A stretch of DNA of 64,000 nt. Source: Armatimonadota bacterium. Its GTDB lineage: Bacteria; Armatimonadota; UBA5829; DTLH01. Every line of letters begins with the position of its first letter. Within the stretch, counting starts at the first letter, position 1. The DNA lies in NCBI GenBank assembly GCA_039679675.1, contig JBDKUN010000065.1:32001-96000 (forward strand), read 5' to 3'. Shown piece after piece: positions 19,036-29,502 of the stretch. A program made the translations under genes and the position numbers. The notes beneath the pieces were generated by a model. It was given only the letters and a program-made list of their open reading frames with translations, ran no database searches and was not told the origin of the DNA.

Positions 19036-21126
19036 CTACCCACGGAATATCGCTTTGAACTCCGATGCAAGATTATCTTTTATTTTTTCAAGAACAGCGT
19101 TGATTTCCTCGTCCTTAAGTGTACGTTCTTTCGATCTGAAAACTATTGAGAGTGTCAGACTCTGCTCATCCTCGCTCACATGCGGGCCGACATATACGTC
19201 CAGAAGGCTCACATCTTCAAGAATAGCCCCACCTGCTTCGATAACTGCTCTTCTGATGTCACCATAGGGCACATCCCGCTTCACAACGGCAGCAATATGC
19301 CTGTAAAGAGCCGGGAACTTCGGAAGATGTTCGTATACTATCTTCTCAGGAACAAGAGACTTCAGTTTCTCAACACTCAGTTCAAATATATACGGACGTC
19401 CCTTTATATCCAGCTCGTTTATGACTTCAGGAGCGACTTCACCGATGATACCTATCTCTGCATTACCGGCTGTAATCTTTGCGGCTCTGGTCGGGTGAAG
19501 CATAGGGTGCTCAGTGCGCTCGAACCTCACACCGGAAATCTTCAATCTGTCGAAGATATTCTCGACAACTCCCTTTATGAGATAAAAATCAGCCGCCATC
19601 GCTTCTTTATCCAGGTTCCAAGAGTTTGACCACTGATTTCCGACCATTGCACCTGCCACTGACAGCCACTCGGTCACAGCTTTGTCCTTTTCCAGCCAGC
19701 GATAGACTTTACCGATCTCGTAGATGCTCATATCACGGATCCCGTTCGCCTGGTTCCTCACGATGACCCGGAGCAGGTTCGGTGCAATCATTGTCCTCAT
19801 CCCCGCTGTTTCCCAACTGAGCTGGTTTCGCACGAAGATAGAGTTTTCCTGACCGGCGATTCTGATGCTGTTATGATCTATAAGGCTGTGTGTAAGGACT
19901 TCCTGCATCCCTGAGGACATAAGCGTCCGCCGCATTTCCTGCACGAAAAGCCCCATGTCGCTGTCTTTGCCCTGGAACGGCGCAGGCGGAAGAGTGCTGC
20001 CGATGCTCTCATAGCCATAAGCTCTCGCAATCTCTTCGATCACATCTGCCTCGAGCCGTATATCCGGCCTGAACGTCGGAACCGTTACGACAATATCTTC
20101 ATCTTCAAGAGTTGCAGGTATCTGGTACACTTCAAGGAATGACACCATTTCCTGGGCACTCAAAGAGGTGTCGAGCATTGCGTTTACCCGTTCAGGGCGG
20201 ACAGTAACCTTGAATATGTTATCTTTGGCAGGATACAGGTCTACAAGGCCTTCGGCTATTTCGCCGTCAGCCAGGTCCCGCATAAGCTCAGCGGCTCGTT
20301 TGGCTACCATGTCAGCTGTGCCGATATCCACCGAACGCTCAAACCGGTAACTGGACTCTGTTACGATACCGAGCTTCTTTGAAGTCCTTCTGATAGAGAC
20401 CGGATTAAAGTGCGCAGACTCTATGAGAATATTCTTCGTGTCGGGTTTTACCTCAGAATCAAAGCCGCCCATAATCCCTGCAAGCCCGACAGCGCGGTTT
20501 TTATCAGCAATAACGAGCATGTCAGAACCCAGCTCGCGCTCTTCACCGTCAAGAGTAGTCAGCTTCTCGCCGGCATTTGCGCGACGGACTATGATCTCTT
20601 TCCCCTCCAAGAGGCTGTAATCGAACGCATGCAGTGGTTGTCCCATCTCAAGCATCACATAGTTGGTGATATCCACTATGTTATTGATCGGCCTCATGCC
20701 TGCGCGGATCAGCCGGTTCTTCATCCAGGCTGGGGAATCCTTTACCGTCACATTGCGGACAACGACGCCGACATACCTGTCACAGAGGTCAGGATCTTTA
20801 ATAGTGATCTTTATCTCCGATGCGGATGAAGGCGGAACGCCTGAAGCTTCAGGCTGGGGTATTTTGACGGGGCTTTTGGTAAAAGCGGCGACTTCGCGGG
20901 CGACACCGATAAGCGACAGCCAGTCCCCTCGGTTCGGCGTGACTTTCGTAAGCATCACGCGGCTGTCCACAGCATCAGGCATGCCTCCTGCGTGGGAGAC
21001 CTCTTCACTTTCCATCGAAGAGATCTCCTCGACCTCAAGCCCGGCCATAGTAAGCTTATCAGCCAACTCCTCGACTGATCCGCCTGTCTCTACATATTCA
21101 TTAAGCCATTCAACTGGAACTCTCAT
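19036..21126 (-). CDS. pheT: Phenylalanine-tRNA ligase beta subunit (short form without B2 OB domain)
   Basis: TPNRGD, INNIVDITNYV, GQPLHAFD, RFERSVD, RPDI...EEIAR, FDX-ACB C-terminus. Confidence 0.95.
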   Translation of the reverse strand: MRVPVEWLNEYVETGGSVEELADKLTMAGLEVEEISSMESEEVSHAGGMPDAVDSRVMLTKVTPNRGDWLSLIGVAREVAAFTKSPVKIPQPEASGVPPSSASEIKITIKDPDLCDRYVGVVVRNVTVKDSPAWMKNRLIRAGMRPINNIVDITNYVMLEMGQPLHAFDYSLLEGKEIIVRRANAGEKLTTLDGEERELGSDMLVIADKNRAVGLAGIMGGFDSEVKPDTKNILIESAHFNPVSIRRTSKKLGIVTESSYRFERSVDIGTADMVAKRAAELMRDLADGEIAEGLVDLYPAKDNIFKVTVRPERVNAMLDTSLSAQEMVSFLEVYQIPATLEDEDIVVTVPTFRPDIRLEADVIEEIARAYGYESIGSTLPPAPFQGKDSDMGLFVQEMRRTLMSSGMQEVLTHSLIDHNSIRIAGQENSIFVRNQLSWETAGMRTMIAPNLLRVIVRNQANGIRDMSIYEIGKVYRWLEKDKAVTEWLSVAGAMVGNQWSNSWNLDKEAMAADFYLIKGVVENIFDRLKISGVRFERTEHPMLHPTRAAKITAGNAEIGIIGEVAPEVINELDIKGRPYIFELSVEKLKSLVPEKIVYEHLPKFPALYRHIAAVVKRDVPYGDIRRAVIEAGGAILEDVSLLDVYVGPHVSEDEQSLTLSIVFRSKERTLKDEEINAVLEKIKDNLASEFKAIFRG

Positions 21127-21172
21127 ATTGCCTCAAAATGGAAAGTATAGCCTTCCATCAAACTTCTCACTT

Positions 21173-22189
21173 CTAAAACTGGGCCAGGAACCTGAGATCG
21201 TCCTCCATAAACAGGCGGAGATCGTCTATCTGGTGTTCGATCATAGGCATCCGGTCTATCCCAAGCCCGAATGCAAACCCACTGTATATCTTCGGGTCCA
21301 TTCCACTGTTTGCCAACTCGTTAGGATGGATCATTCCGGCTCCGCCGAGCTCCAGCCACCTGCCGCCGCCGATACTGACGGCAATCTCCGCCCCAGGTTC
21401 GACAAATGGGAAGAAATCCGGTCTGAACCTGGTTTTGGCATCCGGGCCGAACATCTCGCGGCAGAAATGGTCCAGCGTCCCTTTCAGGTCGGCGAAGGTA
21501 ATGTTTTTACCTACTGTAAAGCAATCGACCTGATGGAACGTGTGGCCGTGCGTTGCATCGACAGCTTCATAACGATAGCATTTGCCCATCGTGCATATTC
21601 TGAACGGGGGTTTTCTCTTCTCATACACCCGCTTGTGCGAAGCAGTGGTCTGAGTACGGAGAAGATAGGTGCTGCGCACATCGTGAGTATCCCTGTCGGT
21701 GACATAGAACGACATCTGCTCATCCATCGCTGGATGCTCTTCGGGATAATTCAGTGCTTCGAAGTTATAATGGTATGACTCGATCTCCGGGCTTTCTACG
21801 ACCTCGTAGCCCATTCCGATGAAGATACTTTTGATCCGAGCCATCGTCTCGACGAGGATATGCGGTTTTCCGGTCTTGTATAACCTTCCAGGCAGTGTAA
21901 CATCAATCGATTCTGCTTGTATACGGCGTTCTGTCTCTTCTGAGGCAAGCCTTGTCCGGCGTTCGGATATTACTGCCTCCAGTTCGGACTTTGCCTCGTT
22001 AACGCAGCTTCCAAACAGAGGCCGCTGTTCCGCCGGAAGCTCTCCGACGGTCCTCAGAAGCTGAGTCAGCCTGCCTTTTCGACCAAGGTACTCGACCTCA
22101 ATCTCATCCAGCTCTTTAGTAGCCTTCGCAGTCTCTATTCGCCCGGATGACTCCTTCACAAGATCGGTTATCGTGTTGAATTCAATCAT
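21173..22189 (-). CDS. pheS: Phenylalanine-tRNA ligase alpha subunit
   Basis: YLGRKG, NFEALN..HPA, LLRTQT, FRPDFFPFVEP, GFAFGLGIDR; ATG 22189 after GGGAG. Confidence 0.96.
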   Translation of the reverse strand: MIEFNTITDLVKESSGRIETAKATKELDEIEVEYLGRKGRLTQLLRTVGELPAEQRPLFGSCVNEAKSELEAVISERRTRLASEETERRIQAESIDVTLPGRLYKTGKPHILVETMARIKSIFIGMGYEVVESPEIESYHYNFEALNYPEEHPAMDEQMSFYVTDRDTHDVRSTYLLRTQTTASHKRVYEKRKPPFRICTMGKCYRYEAVDATHGHTFHQVDCFTVGKNITFADLKGTLDHFCREMFGPDAKTRFRPDFFPFVEPGAEIAVSIGGGRWLELGGAGMIHPNELANSGMDPKIYSGFAFGLGIDRMPMIEHQIDDLRLFMEDDLRFLAQF

Positions 22190-22438
22190 ATTACTCCCAA
22201 CACAACAATCAGAAGGGTGTTGTAAGTCCCATGCGGGACTCTCCCATAGATTTTCAGATGTCACGAGAACTATCAGATAAACCTATAATATAAAAACCCA
22301 ACGACCAATGACCAAAACAACAGTCCTACCTTGAATCATTCCAATGCTCCTGGTAGATCAACTGCTTCGGTTATTGTACGTTGGGCGATAAATTTTAATG
22401 CGGGTCTATCGGGGTTATTCCCCGTGACCCATCTCATC

Positions 22439-22798
22439 TTATGCTGATACCTGGGCTCTCGCCTGTTCTACAAGCTGAGAAAATGCCTTGGCATCATTGA
22501 TAGCCATCTCAGAAAGCATCTTTCTATCCAGTTCTACACCTGCTTTAGAAAGTCCTTCTATAAATCGGCCATATGTCAGGCCTTGCTCTCTGCATGCGGC
22601 ATTGATTCTTGCGATCCACAGTCTGCGGAACTCCCGCTTCTTGTTTCGCCTGTCACGATAAGCATACTGCATGGAGTGCATGACTGCTTCTTTAGCTGTC
22701 TTGAACAGCCTGCTTCGTCCACCCCAGTAGCCTTTCGCTCTTTCCAGCACCTTCTTATGGCGCTTATGCGTCATTGTGCCGCGTTTCACGCGTGGCAT
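22439..22798 (-). CDS. rplT: 50S ribosomal protein L20
   Basis: MPRVKRG, AKGYWG, AYRDRR..KR.FR.LWI.RINAA. Confidence 0.98.
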   Translation of the reverse strand: MPRVKRGTMTHKRHKKVLERAKGYWGGRSRLFKTAKEAVMHSMQYAYRDRRNKKREFRRLWIARINAACREQGLTYGRFIEGLSKAGVELDRKMLSEMAINDAKAFSQLVEQARAQVSA

Positions 22799-22877
22799 GT
22801 ATCCGTTCTCCTAACTTAGAGTTATTAATAAACTCAAAACTTTGTATTTACGTAAGAGTTCACACTCTACAACAACA

Positions 22878-22938
22878 TCACCCTGAAATAATTCAGGGCC
22901 CATCCCTCTCCTGGGTTCCGAATCAAGTTCGGAATGAC
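22878..22938. repeat. REP-like family B doublet in the rpmI-rplT spacer
   Basis: tcaccctgaaataattcaggg and ttccgaatcaagttcggaatgac; related unit cctgaatcaagttcagggtgac at 63660-63681. Confidence 0.65.
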
Positions 22939-22971
22939 ATTACGACGGTTCGGGATGATGTAAAACACCTT

Positions 22972-23169
22972 TTAGGTTCCGGGCATCATCCTTTTGATCT
23001 TCTTGAGATCACCTTTTGTGACCGCGGTCTCTAACTCAAGCCGACGCTCACGTGAGGATGATTTCTTCATCATAAGGTGGTTCATTCTAGCATGTCCGTG
23101 AAGGATTTTTCCACCCGCACTAATCTTGAACCGCTTTGCGGCGGTCTTCCTCGTCTTAATCTTAGGCAC
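22972..23169 (-). CDS. rpmI: 50S ribosomal protein L35
   Basis: MPKIKTRKTAAKRFK; between infC and rplT. Confidence 0.97.
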   Translation of the reverse strand: MPKIKTRKTAAKRFKISAGGKILHGHARMNHLMMKKSSSRERRLELETAVTKGDLKKIKRMMPGT

Positions 23170-23198
23170 GTTTTACCTCACATCAAATAAAAGTCAGC

Positions 23199-23717
23199 TT
23201 ATACAGCCGACTTTGGGCTAAGTATCATCGTCATCGTCCGGCCTTCCATGGAAGGCGCTTTCTCTACTACAGCGATCTCCTGCGATTCCTCGGCGATCCG
23301 CTGAAGCGACTTTTTGGCGAACTCAGGATGAGTAATTTCCCTACTCCTGAAGATGACAGTAAATTTGACCTTGTCACCTTCTTTGAGAAACTTCAGTGCA
23401 TTTTTAAGTTTGAACTGGAAATCATGCTCATCAATCCCCGGCCTCATTCGGATACTCTTGACTTCCGAGGCTTTCTGCTTCTTGTGAGCTTCCCGTTCAC
23501 GCTTTCCCTGTTCATACTTCCACTTCCCGTAATCCATTATGCGGCATACGGGTGGGTTAGCTGTTGGTGCAACCTCAATCAGGTCTAATCCCTTTTCCCG
23601 TGCAAGCTCAATGGCCTGTCTGAAAGGCACGACGCCGACTTGCGCCCCTGCGTCATCGATTAACCTGACTTCCCGGGCACGGATCCTCTCGTTTACCCTG
23701 AAATCTCCTCTGCTTAT
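23199..23717 (-). CDS. infC: Translation initiation factor IF-3, non-canonical ATA start
   Basis: Frame extends upstream of 23630 as ISRGDFRVNERIRAREVRLID; GAGGTG RBS before ATA 23717; PPVCRIMDYGK. Confidence 0.93.
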   Translation of the reverse strand: MSRGDFRVNERIRAREVRLIDDAGAQVGVVPFRQAIELAREKGLDLIEVAPTANPPVCRIMDYGKWKYEQGKREREAHKKQKASEVKSIRMRPGIDEHDFQFKLKNALKFLKEGDKVKFTVIFRSREITHPEFAKKSLQRIAEESQEIAVVEKAPSMEGRTMTMILSPKSAV

Positions 23718-23795
23718 AGTCGTCTCACCTCAAGTTCGGCTGAAGCACTATAAGTGCTCTTCCTGCCGGATTTTCCCTGTTAGTATAACTGACCA

Positions 23796-25517
23796 TCAAG
23801 AAGCTGTCAACTCCCCTGTAAGGTCCATTATAAATTTATCTACCGGTTTTGCACCGATATCACCTTTGTCGCGGGAGCGGACGGACACCTGGTCCTCTGC
23901 TATCTCTCTGTCACCTACTATCAGCATATATGGTATCTTCTGAAGCTGTGCTTCTCGAATCTTATACCCCGTCTTTTCGTTTCGTGTATCGACCGTTGCT
24001 CTGAAACCTTTTTCGGCAAGCCGGGCAGCCACTTTATGAGCATACTCCTGATGCCTGTCTGCAATCGGAAGGAGTATTGCCTGCACCGGAGCAAGCCAGA
24101 GCGGGAATGCACCGGCATAATGCTCGACCAGCACGCCGAAGAACCTTTCAATCGATCCCAGAAGCGCTCTGTGGATCATTATCGGGCGGTGCGCCTTGCC
24201 GTCTTCACCGATGTACTCGATGTTGAACCGTTCAGGCTCATTGAAATCGACCTGAATGGTGCTGCACTGATGTTCCCTGCCGAGTGCGTCTTTAATCTTG
24301 ACGTCGATCTTCGGGCCGTAGAACGCGCCGCCGCCCTCATCGACCTTGTACTCAAGCCCTTTGTGTTCCAGAGCCTTCTTAAGAGCATCCGTAGCTTCAG
24401 CCCAGCTCTCCAGCGTCCCGACATACTTGTCTTCAGGCCGTGTCGAGAGGTATATGCCGTACTCATGGAACCCGAAATGGCCCAATATGTCGATTACGAA
24501 GTCCAGAAGACTGATTATCTCGTCGTCGAGCTGATCCGGCGTGCAGAAAATGTGCGCATCATCCTGTGTAAAGCCGCGCACTCTCATCAGGCCATGCAGC
24601 GTACCGGAGCGCTCGAACCGGTATACAGTTCCAAGCTCTGCCCATCTGATCGGAAGCTCTCTGTAGCTCCTTAATCTTGTTTTATAAATGGCAAGATGGA
24701 ACGGGCAGTTCATCGGCTTGATTCTGTAAGGAGCGCCTTCGACTTCCATCGGGCCGTACATGCTCTCGGAGTAGAAATCGAGGTGTCCGCTCGTCACCCA
24801 TAGGTCCTGGCGCGCGATATGCGGAGTCTGCACTAGCTCGTAGCCGCCTTTAAGGTGAGCATCCCGCCAGTAGTCTTCCATTATCTTCCGCATCAGTGCG
24901 CCCTTCGGATGCCAAAGCACGAGCCCTGGGCCTACTTCTTCATCGAACGAGAAAAGCTCAAGTTCTTTCCCCAGTTTCCTGTGGTCGCGCTTCTCTGCCT
25001 CTTCGAGCCGATGCAGATGTTCGTCCAACTCAGCCTTTGTAGGCCACGCTGTCGCGTAAATCCGCTGAAGCATCGGGTTCTTCTCGTCACCGCGCCAGTA
25101 TGCACCGGCGATAGAAAGAATCTTGAACGCGCCGATCTTACCTGTGCTCTCGACGTGCGGGCCGCGGCACCAGTCTACGAAGCCGTTTTCCTCATATATG
25201 GTCGATGTCTCGTCCTCATTCTCTCGGATCAGCTCCAATTTGTAAGGCTGGTCGGCAAAAATCTTCTCAGCCTCAGGCTTCGTTACTTCCTTACGGACAA
25301 ACTTATTGTCGGCCTTCACGATTTTTGCCATCTCGGCTTCGATCTTTTCGATGTCTTCCGGCACGAACGGCTCCGGCTTGTCGAAATCGTAATAAAAGCC
25401 GTCCTCAATAGGTGGCCCAATTGCAATTTTCACCTCAGGGAACAGGTTCTTCACTGCGTGCGCCATAACGTGCGCCGCAGAATGCCGCATCATTTCAAGA
25501 GCATCTGTCTTTTCCAT
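23796..25517 (-). CDS. thrS: Threonine-tRNA ligase (no N-terminal TGS domain)
   Basis: RHSAAH, CRGPH, RDHRKLG, KPMNCP, RVRGFTQDDAH, HRALLGS; ATG 25517 after GGAG. Confidence 0.96.
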   Translation of the reverse strand: MEKTDALEMMRHSAAHVMAHAVKNLFPEVKIAIGPPIEDGFYYDFDKPEPFVPEDIEKIEAEMAKIVKADNKFVRKEVTKPEAEKIFADQPYKLELIRENEDETSTIYEENGFVDWCRGPHVESTGKIGAFKILSIAGAYWRGDEKNPMLQRIYATAWPTKAELDEHLHRLEEAEKRDHRKLGKELELFSFDEEVGPGLVLWHPKGALMRKIMEDYWRDAHLKGGYELVQTPHIARQDLWVTSGHLDFYSESMYGPMEVEGAPYRIKPMNCPFHLAIYKTRLRSYRELPIRWAELGTVYRFERSGTLHGLMRVRGFTQDDAHIFCTPDQLDDEIISLLDFVIDILGHFGFHEYGIYLSTRPEDKYVGTLESWAEATDALKKALEHKGLEYKVDEGGGAFYGPKIDVKIKDALGREHQCSTIQVDFNEPERFNIEYIGEDGKAHRPIMIHRALLGSIERFFGVLVEHYAGAFPLWLAPVQAILLPIADRHQEYAHKVAARLAEKGFRATVDTRNEKTGYKIREAQLQKIPYMLIVGDREIAEDQVSVRSRDKGDIGAKPVDKFIMDLTGELTAS

Positions 25518-25521
25518 AAAA

Positions 25522-26511
25522 TCATCTATCTCCAAAACCATCGGGGTGGTTTTTATGCCACTGCCAGGCGGTCTCAATTATCGTTCTCAGTTCCGCGTAC
25601 TCAGGTCTCCATCCAAGCTGCTTTTTGATCTTATCAGAGCTTGCCACAAGCCTTGCGGGGTCCCCTGCCCTTCTTGGAGCATCGACCGCTGCTATTTTCT
25701 TTCCGGTAACTTCCTCTGCAACGGTAATTACCTCTTTGACGGAATAACCGCTCCCATTACCCATATTATATACGTCGCTTGAGGCACCGGATTCCAGCGC
25801 TTCGAGCGCCAAAAGGTGCGCTTGGGCAAGATCGGTCACATGTACATAGTCCCTTATGCATGTGCCGTCCGGCGTTGGCCAGTCCGTGCCGAATATTGCT
25901 ATATTATCGCGTTTACCGAGGGCTACGTCCAGCACAAGCGGTATCAGATGGTGTTCCGGCTTATGGTCTTCTCCTATCGCGCCCGATGGGTCAGCCCCTG
26001 AAGCATTAAAGTATCTTAAGGCTGTCCACTTGAGTCCGTATGCATGATCATATTCGGTTAAAATATGCTCCAGCATAAGCTTCGATCTGCCGTAAGGGTT
26101 TGTCGGGTTCTTTGGGTGGTCTTCAGGGATAGGCACTGCCTCCGGTTCACCGAAGACTGCTGCTGTCGAGGAGAAAATCATCCTCTTGACTCCGGCTGCG
26201 AGCATCTCCTGAACCAGAGTAATGCTGTTCTGAATATTATTAATGTAGTATTTCTGAGGGTCCTTGACCGATTCGCCTACGTCAGCAAACGCTGCAAAAT
26301 GCATTACGGCATCGATCGGATATTTTGCAAAGACTTTTTTCAGGAGCCCGGCATCGCCGATGCTTCCGATAACGGTTTCACTTCCGCTCGACGCTTTGGT
26401 ATGCCCGAATGACAAATCATCGAGGCAGACTACCTGCCTGCCATGGCCCATCAGATGCTTGACAGCATGAGAGCCCACATATCCCAGCCCGCCGGTTACA
26501 AGAATCGCCAT
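25522..26511 (-). CDS. galE: UDP-glucose 4-epimerase
   Basis: ILVTGGLGYVGSH, HFAA, FSSTAAV, YGRSK, LRYFNASGA, DGTCIRDYVHV. Confidence 0.95.
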   Translation of the reverse strand: MAILVTGGLGYVGSHAVKHLMGHGRQVVCLDDLSFGHTKASSGSETVIGSIGDAGLLKKVFAKYPIDAVMHFAAFADVGESVKDPQKYYINNIQNSITLVQEMLAAGVKRMIFSSTAAVFGEPEAVPIPEDHPKNPTNPYGRSKLMLEHILTEYDHAYGLKWTALRYFNASGADPSGAIGEDHKPEHHLIPLVLDVALGKRDNIAIFGTDWPTPDGTCIRDYVHVTDLAQAHLLALEALESGASSDVYNMGNGSGYSVKEVITVAEEVTGKKIAAVDAPRRAGDPARLVASSDKIKKQLGWRPEYAELRTIIETAWQWHKNHPDGFGDR

Positions 26512-26867
26512 AGGTTCCCCCTGTGATACCCTGTACAAACTTTAAACTGGTAAAGCGTTGCTCTACCAGTCAATACTCAAAGATGCTTGTTCCACAGTCT
26601 TGGAAATAATAAAACCGACTGTTACTTCCAGCACTCCGACAGGCACTAATATACCACTTTCTCTCATATATTGGCAATAATTCGGTTAGCACAACGATCA
26701 AACAACCACCAGACACAACCATATCCGGCCACGCATTTACCTCATTACAGATAACTTTATCTCTATAATTTACTCCTTGTCCCACATTGCCTATTGCAGA
26801 GTTAAATATACATGATATATTGTAGTAAGCGAGCATTCTGTAAACTATTATACTACGACTAAAGAGG

Positions 26868-27560
26868 TTGATTATGAAAATATCAAATGTTTCAATCATG
26901 ATTGCGCTGATATGCGTTATGTCGTGCTCCACGGCATTGTTTGCACAGACCCGAACCACGCCTGTAGAGGTGCAAAACACGCCCAATGTGAAAGTAGATC
27001 CGAGCGGAAACACCGTAAAAATAGACAATACAGGCAATACCGTGCAGGTAAGCGGCACACCGAATGTAAATGTGACGAATACACCTAATGTGAATGTAGG
27101 GACCCTGCCAGCAGTGAAGGTCGATCCTAACCAGAACACTATTAGGATCGATTCCACACAAAACACGGTAAAAGCACCTACGATGAGCAACCAGTTGGTA
27201 TTATGGACCAGCCAAGCCTTGCCACATGGCAGTACTATATCTTCCGGCATATTAAGCTGCACCGGATACAAAGAGCTGAGGATAGTAGCGACGCTTCCTT
27301 CAGCAGTGAATGATGCCGGAAACATTCAGATCAATGTCCGGTTTCAGATGCCGAACACCGGTGGTTATTACCTGATGGGAAAAGGCAGCTTCGCTACGCC
27401 AACTACTCCGCTGATACCTTATGCCAATTTCACGCAGTCCGGTGGAATGGCGCTTATGATTGTTCCTATTATGAGCAATAATGTAATGATCGAAATAGTG
27501 AATAACACAACTGCCACTGATACAACCGTCAGCGCAGCATGGGTGTACATGGTCAACTAA
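26868..27560 (+). CDS. Exported protein with N-terminal Val/Asn/Thr-rich repeats
   Basis: Signal peptide; repeats TPNVKV/TPNVNV and VKVDPxxNTVKID; GAGG RBS. Confidence 0.7.
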   Translation: MIMKISNVSIMIALICVMSCSTALFAQTRTTPVEVQNTPNVKVDPSGNTVKIDNTGNTVQVSGTPNVNVTNTPNVNVGTLPAVKVDPNQNTIRIDSTQNTVKAPTMSNQLVLWTSQALPHGSTISSGILSCTGYKELRIVATLPSAVNDAGNIQINVRFQMPNTGGYYLMGKGSFATPTTPLIPYANFTQSGGMALMIVPIMSNNVMIEIVNNTTATDTTVSAAWVYMVN

Positions 27561-27586
27561 TCCGCTTCAACCGGGAGAAATCGGTT

Positions 27587-28825
27587 ATGAGAATATTTAT
27601 TTGTGTATTTGCGGCGTTATGCCTGCTTACGACTGCATCTACCTTACAGGCTGCGACGGCATATACCGATGCTGATTCATTTACCGCGGCTGTTGCGGAA
27701 CAAGGTCTCAATTTTGTGCTTTGTTTTGATTCGCAGGCTTCGGGGTCAAGTGCCACCAGCTTCGGCATGCTGAAGCTAACTGCAGACGGGCTTCAGTCCA
27801 ATGGCTCAACCCGGATTACAGTTCAGCCTGTTATCACCAATACATATAGTACGACAAGCGGTCAGAATGCGATTGGAGGGTCAGGCTCCAGGGAACAGTT
27901 CCTTGCGGGAAATGGAGACAAGATTGTTTTCAATCTTTCGCACCCAGTGCACGCATTCGGATTACGACTGATCGGCAACCCCAGCCCGACTGGGACTCCT
28001 GCCATACCGTTCTGGCGGATGCACGCGAATGCAGGCTCCGGTTTCGACGTCCTGAGCGCAACAGAACCATTTCAGATACTTAACAAAGGCAATGATGTAT
28101 ATTTTCTGGGAATAATCTCAAAAGAAGCTTTTGACCAGGTGGAATTGTGCTCTGACAATGACCCGACAGCCATATTCAGCTTCAATGTGGATGATATAGT
28201 GGTGGCTGCGGATGTCAAAGTGCTCAATCTGGCTCAGGTAAAATCAGCCGAGCCTCAGGCAGTAGTGATACCGGGTGCAGTGGTTACGCGAGTCCATTCC
28301 GACAGGTTCAACGTGGAAACACAGGACCGTGCCTGCGGGCTGGCTGTAATGGGAAGCGGCACTACGAGGGGTAAGGAAGTGTCCGTCTTTGGCGAACTGC
28401 TGTGCAATGCTGATGGCGAGCGCGTCTTGAACCTGATACACCTGATAGACGAATGCGACCCTGAACCCGGCATTCCAGCTCCGCTTGGAATGACCAATCG
28501 GTCGGTCGGAGGAGGGTCGCCCGCAGGTTTTCAGATCGGATGCGACGGTGGCACAGGGCTCAATAATATCGGGCTGGATGTGACAATCTGGGGCGAAATT
28601 ACCGATATTGCATCCGATTTCACCTGGATGATTATTGACGACGGCTCACACCGTGATAATGGGACAGCACATTTGGGCATCAAAGTTGTCGGGAGTATAA
28701 ACGCGCGGTCAAGGCAGGTCGGAGACCGCATAAAAGTTCAGGGCTCATCGTCTATCTTTAAGTCCGGGACAAAATACTATCCGGTAATAAAGGCAGCTCA
28801 GCCTTCCGATATTACCGGCATTTAG
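27587..28825 (+). CDS. Exported protein with C-terminal OB-fold-like modules
   Basis: Signal peptide MRIFICVF; PLGMTNRSVGG...GLNNIGLDVTIWG...IDDGS pattern. Confidence 0.65.
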   Translation: MRIFICVFAALCLLTTASTLQAATAYTDADSFTAAVAEQGLNFVLCFDSQASGSSATSFGMLKLTADGLQSNGSTRITVQPVITNTYSTTSGQNAIGGSGSREQFLAGNGDKIVFNLSHPVHAFGLRLIGNPSPTGTPAIPFWRMHANAGSGFDVLSATEPFQILNKGNDVYFLGIISKEAFDQVELCSDNDPTAIFSFNVDDIVVAADVKVLNLAQVKSAEPQAVVIPGAVVTRVHSDRFNVETQDRACGLAVMGSGTTRGKEVSVFGELLCNADGERVLNLIHLIDECDPEPGIPAPLGMTNRSVGGGSPAGFQIGCDGGTGLNNIGLDVTIWGEITDIASDFTWMIIDDGSHRDNGTAHLGIKVVGSINARSRQVGDRIKVQGSSSIFKSGTKYYPVIKAAQPSDITGI

Positions 28826-29502
28826 CATATATGCGAGGACAGAGCCTCCATCAACTGGACGATCTTCGATTCATCCTTTCGTCCGGGAGCTGTCTCGGCG
28901 CCTGTCAGAACATCCACACCGAAAGGGTTTGTCGCGGCGGCGATGGAGGCGATGTTATCGGGATTTAGGCCTCCAGCCAGAATGACCGGGACTTCGCTCT
29001 CCCGCTGCACAGTCTTGAATGTGGAAAGATCGACAACTATACCTGAACCGCCGGGTCGGGCCTCAGTATATGAGTCCACAACGATTGCGGCTATCTCCGT
29101 TCGGGAAAGTTCACGGGCAGCGAGGACAGGGTCGGTGATCTCAAAATCACAATTGCCGCTCTTATCGAACCGCAGAGCCTTGATCGTCCTGATGCCTAGC
29201 GCACTCAACTCCTTTGCCGTCCGCCGCACGTCCGCCAGCGTTTCCCTGTAATGCAGCTGAACAATTCTCGGGCGCAACTCATCAGCCAGAGCCAAAACCT
29301 TGTTCACCGGACCGCCTGTAACTATGCAGGCTTCTGCGGGAGCTGAGACCAGGCTGATAAGCTCTTTTGCTTCACTTGCAGTCAGGTTCCACGGCACCGG
29401 CTGCGGGTATTCCACGACGAACCCCACCATGTCCGCACCCGCCTTCACGCATATATCGACATCCTTTTTGTTCATCAAGCCGCAGATTTTGACCTTTATC
29501 AT
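28822..29502 (-). CDS. trpF: Phosphoribosylanthranilate isomerase
   Basis: VKICGL, VQLH, GGSG, ILAGGLNPDN, GVDV..G.E..PG.KD. Confidence 0.93.
   Translation of the reverse strand: MIKVKICGLMNKKDVDICVKAGADMVGFVVEYPQPVPWNLTASEAKELISLVSAPAEACIVTGGPVNKVLALADELRPRIVQLHYRETLADVRRTAKELSALGIRTIKALRFDKSGNCDFEITDPVLAARELSRTEIAAIVVDSYTEARPGGSGIVVDLSTFKTVQRESEVPVILAGGLNPDNIASIAAATNPFGVDVLTGAETAPGRKDESKIVQLMEALSSHIC

Noticed and set aside
20663..21778. 371-aa plus-strand ORF and similar long antisense ORFs (e.g. 1831-2793, 32277-33116, 56375-57178)
   Set aside because: Shadows of well-supported genes with no recognisable motifs
23718..23795. L20 leader or T-box before infC
   Set aside because: Only a short hairpin is visible; diagnostic motifs were not recognised
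26570..27325. 251-aa minus-strand ORF
   Set aside because: Antisense shadow of the repeat-rich exported protein
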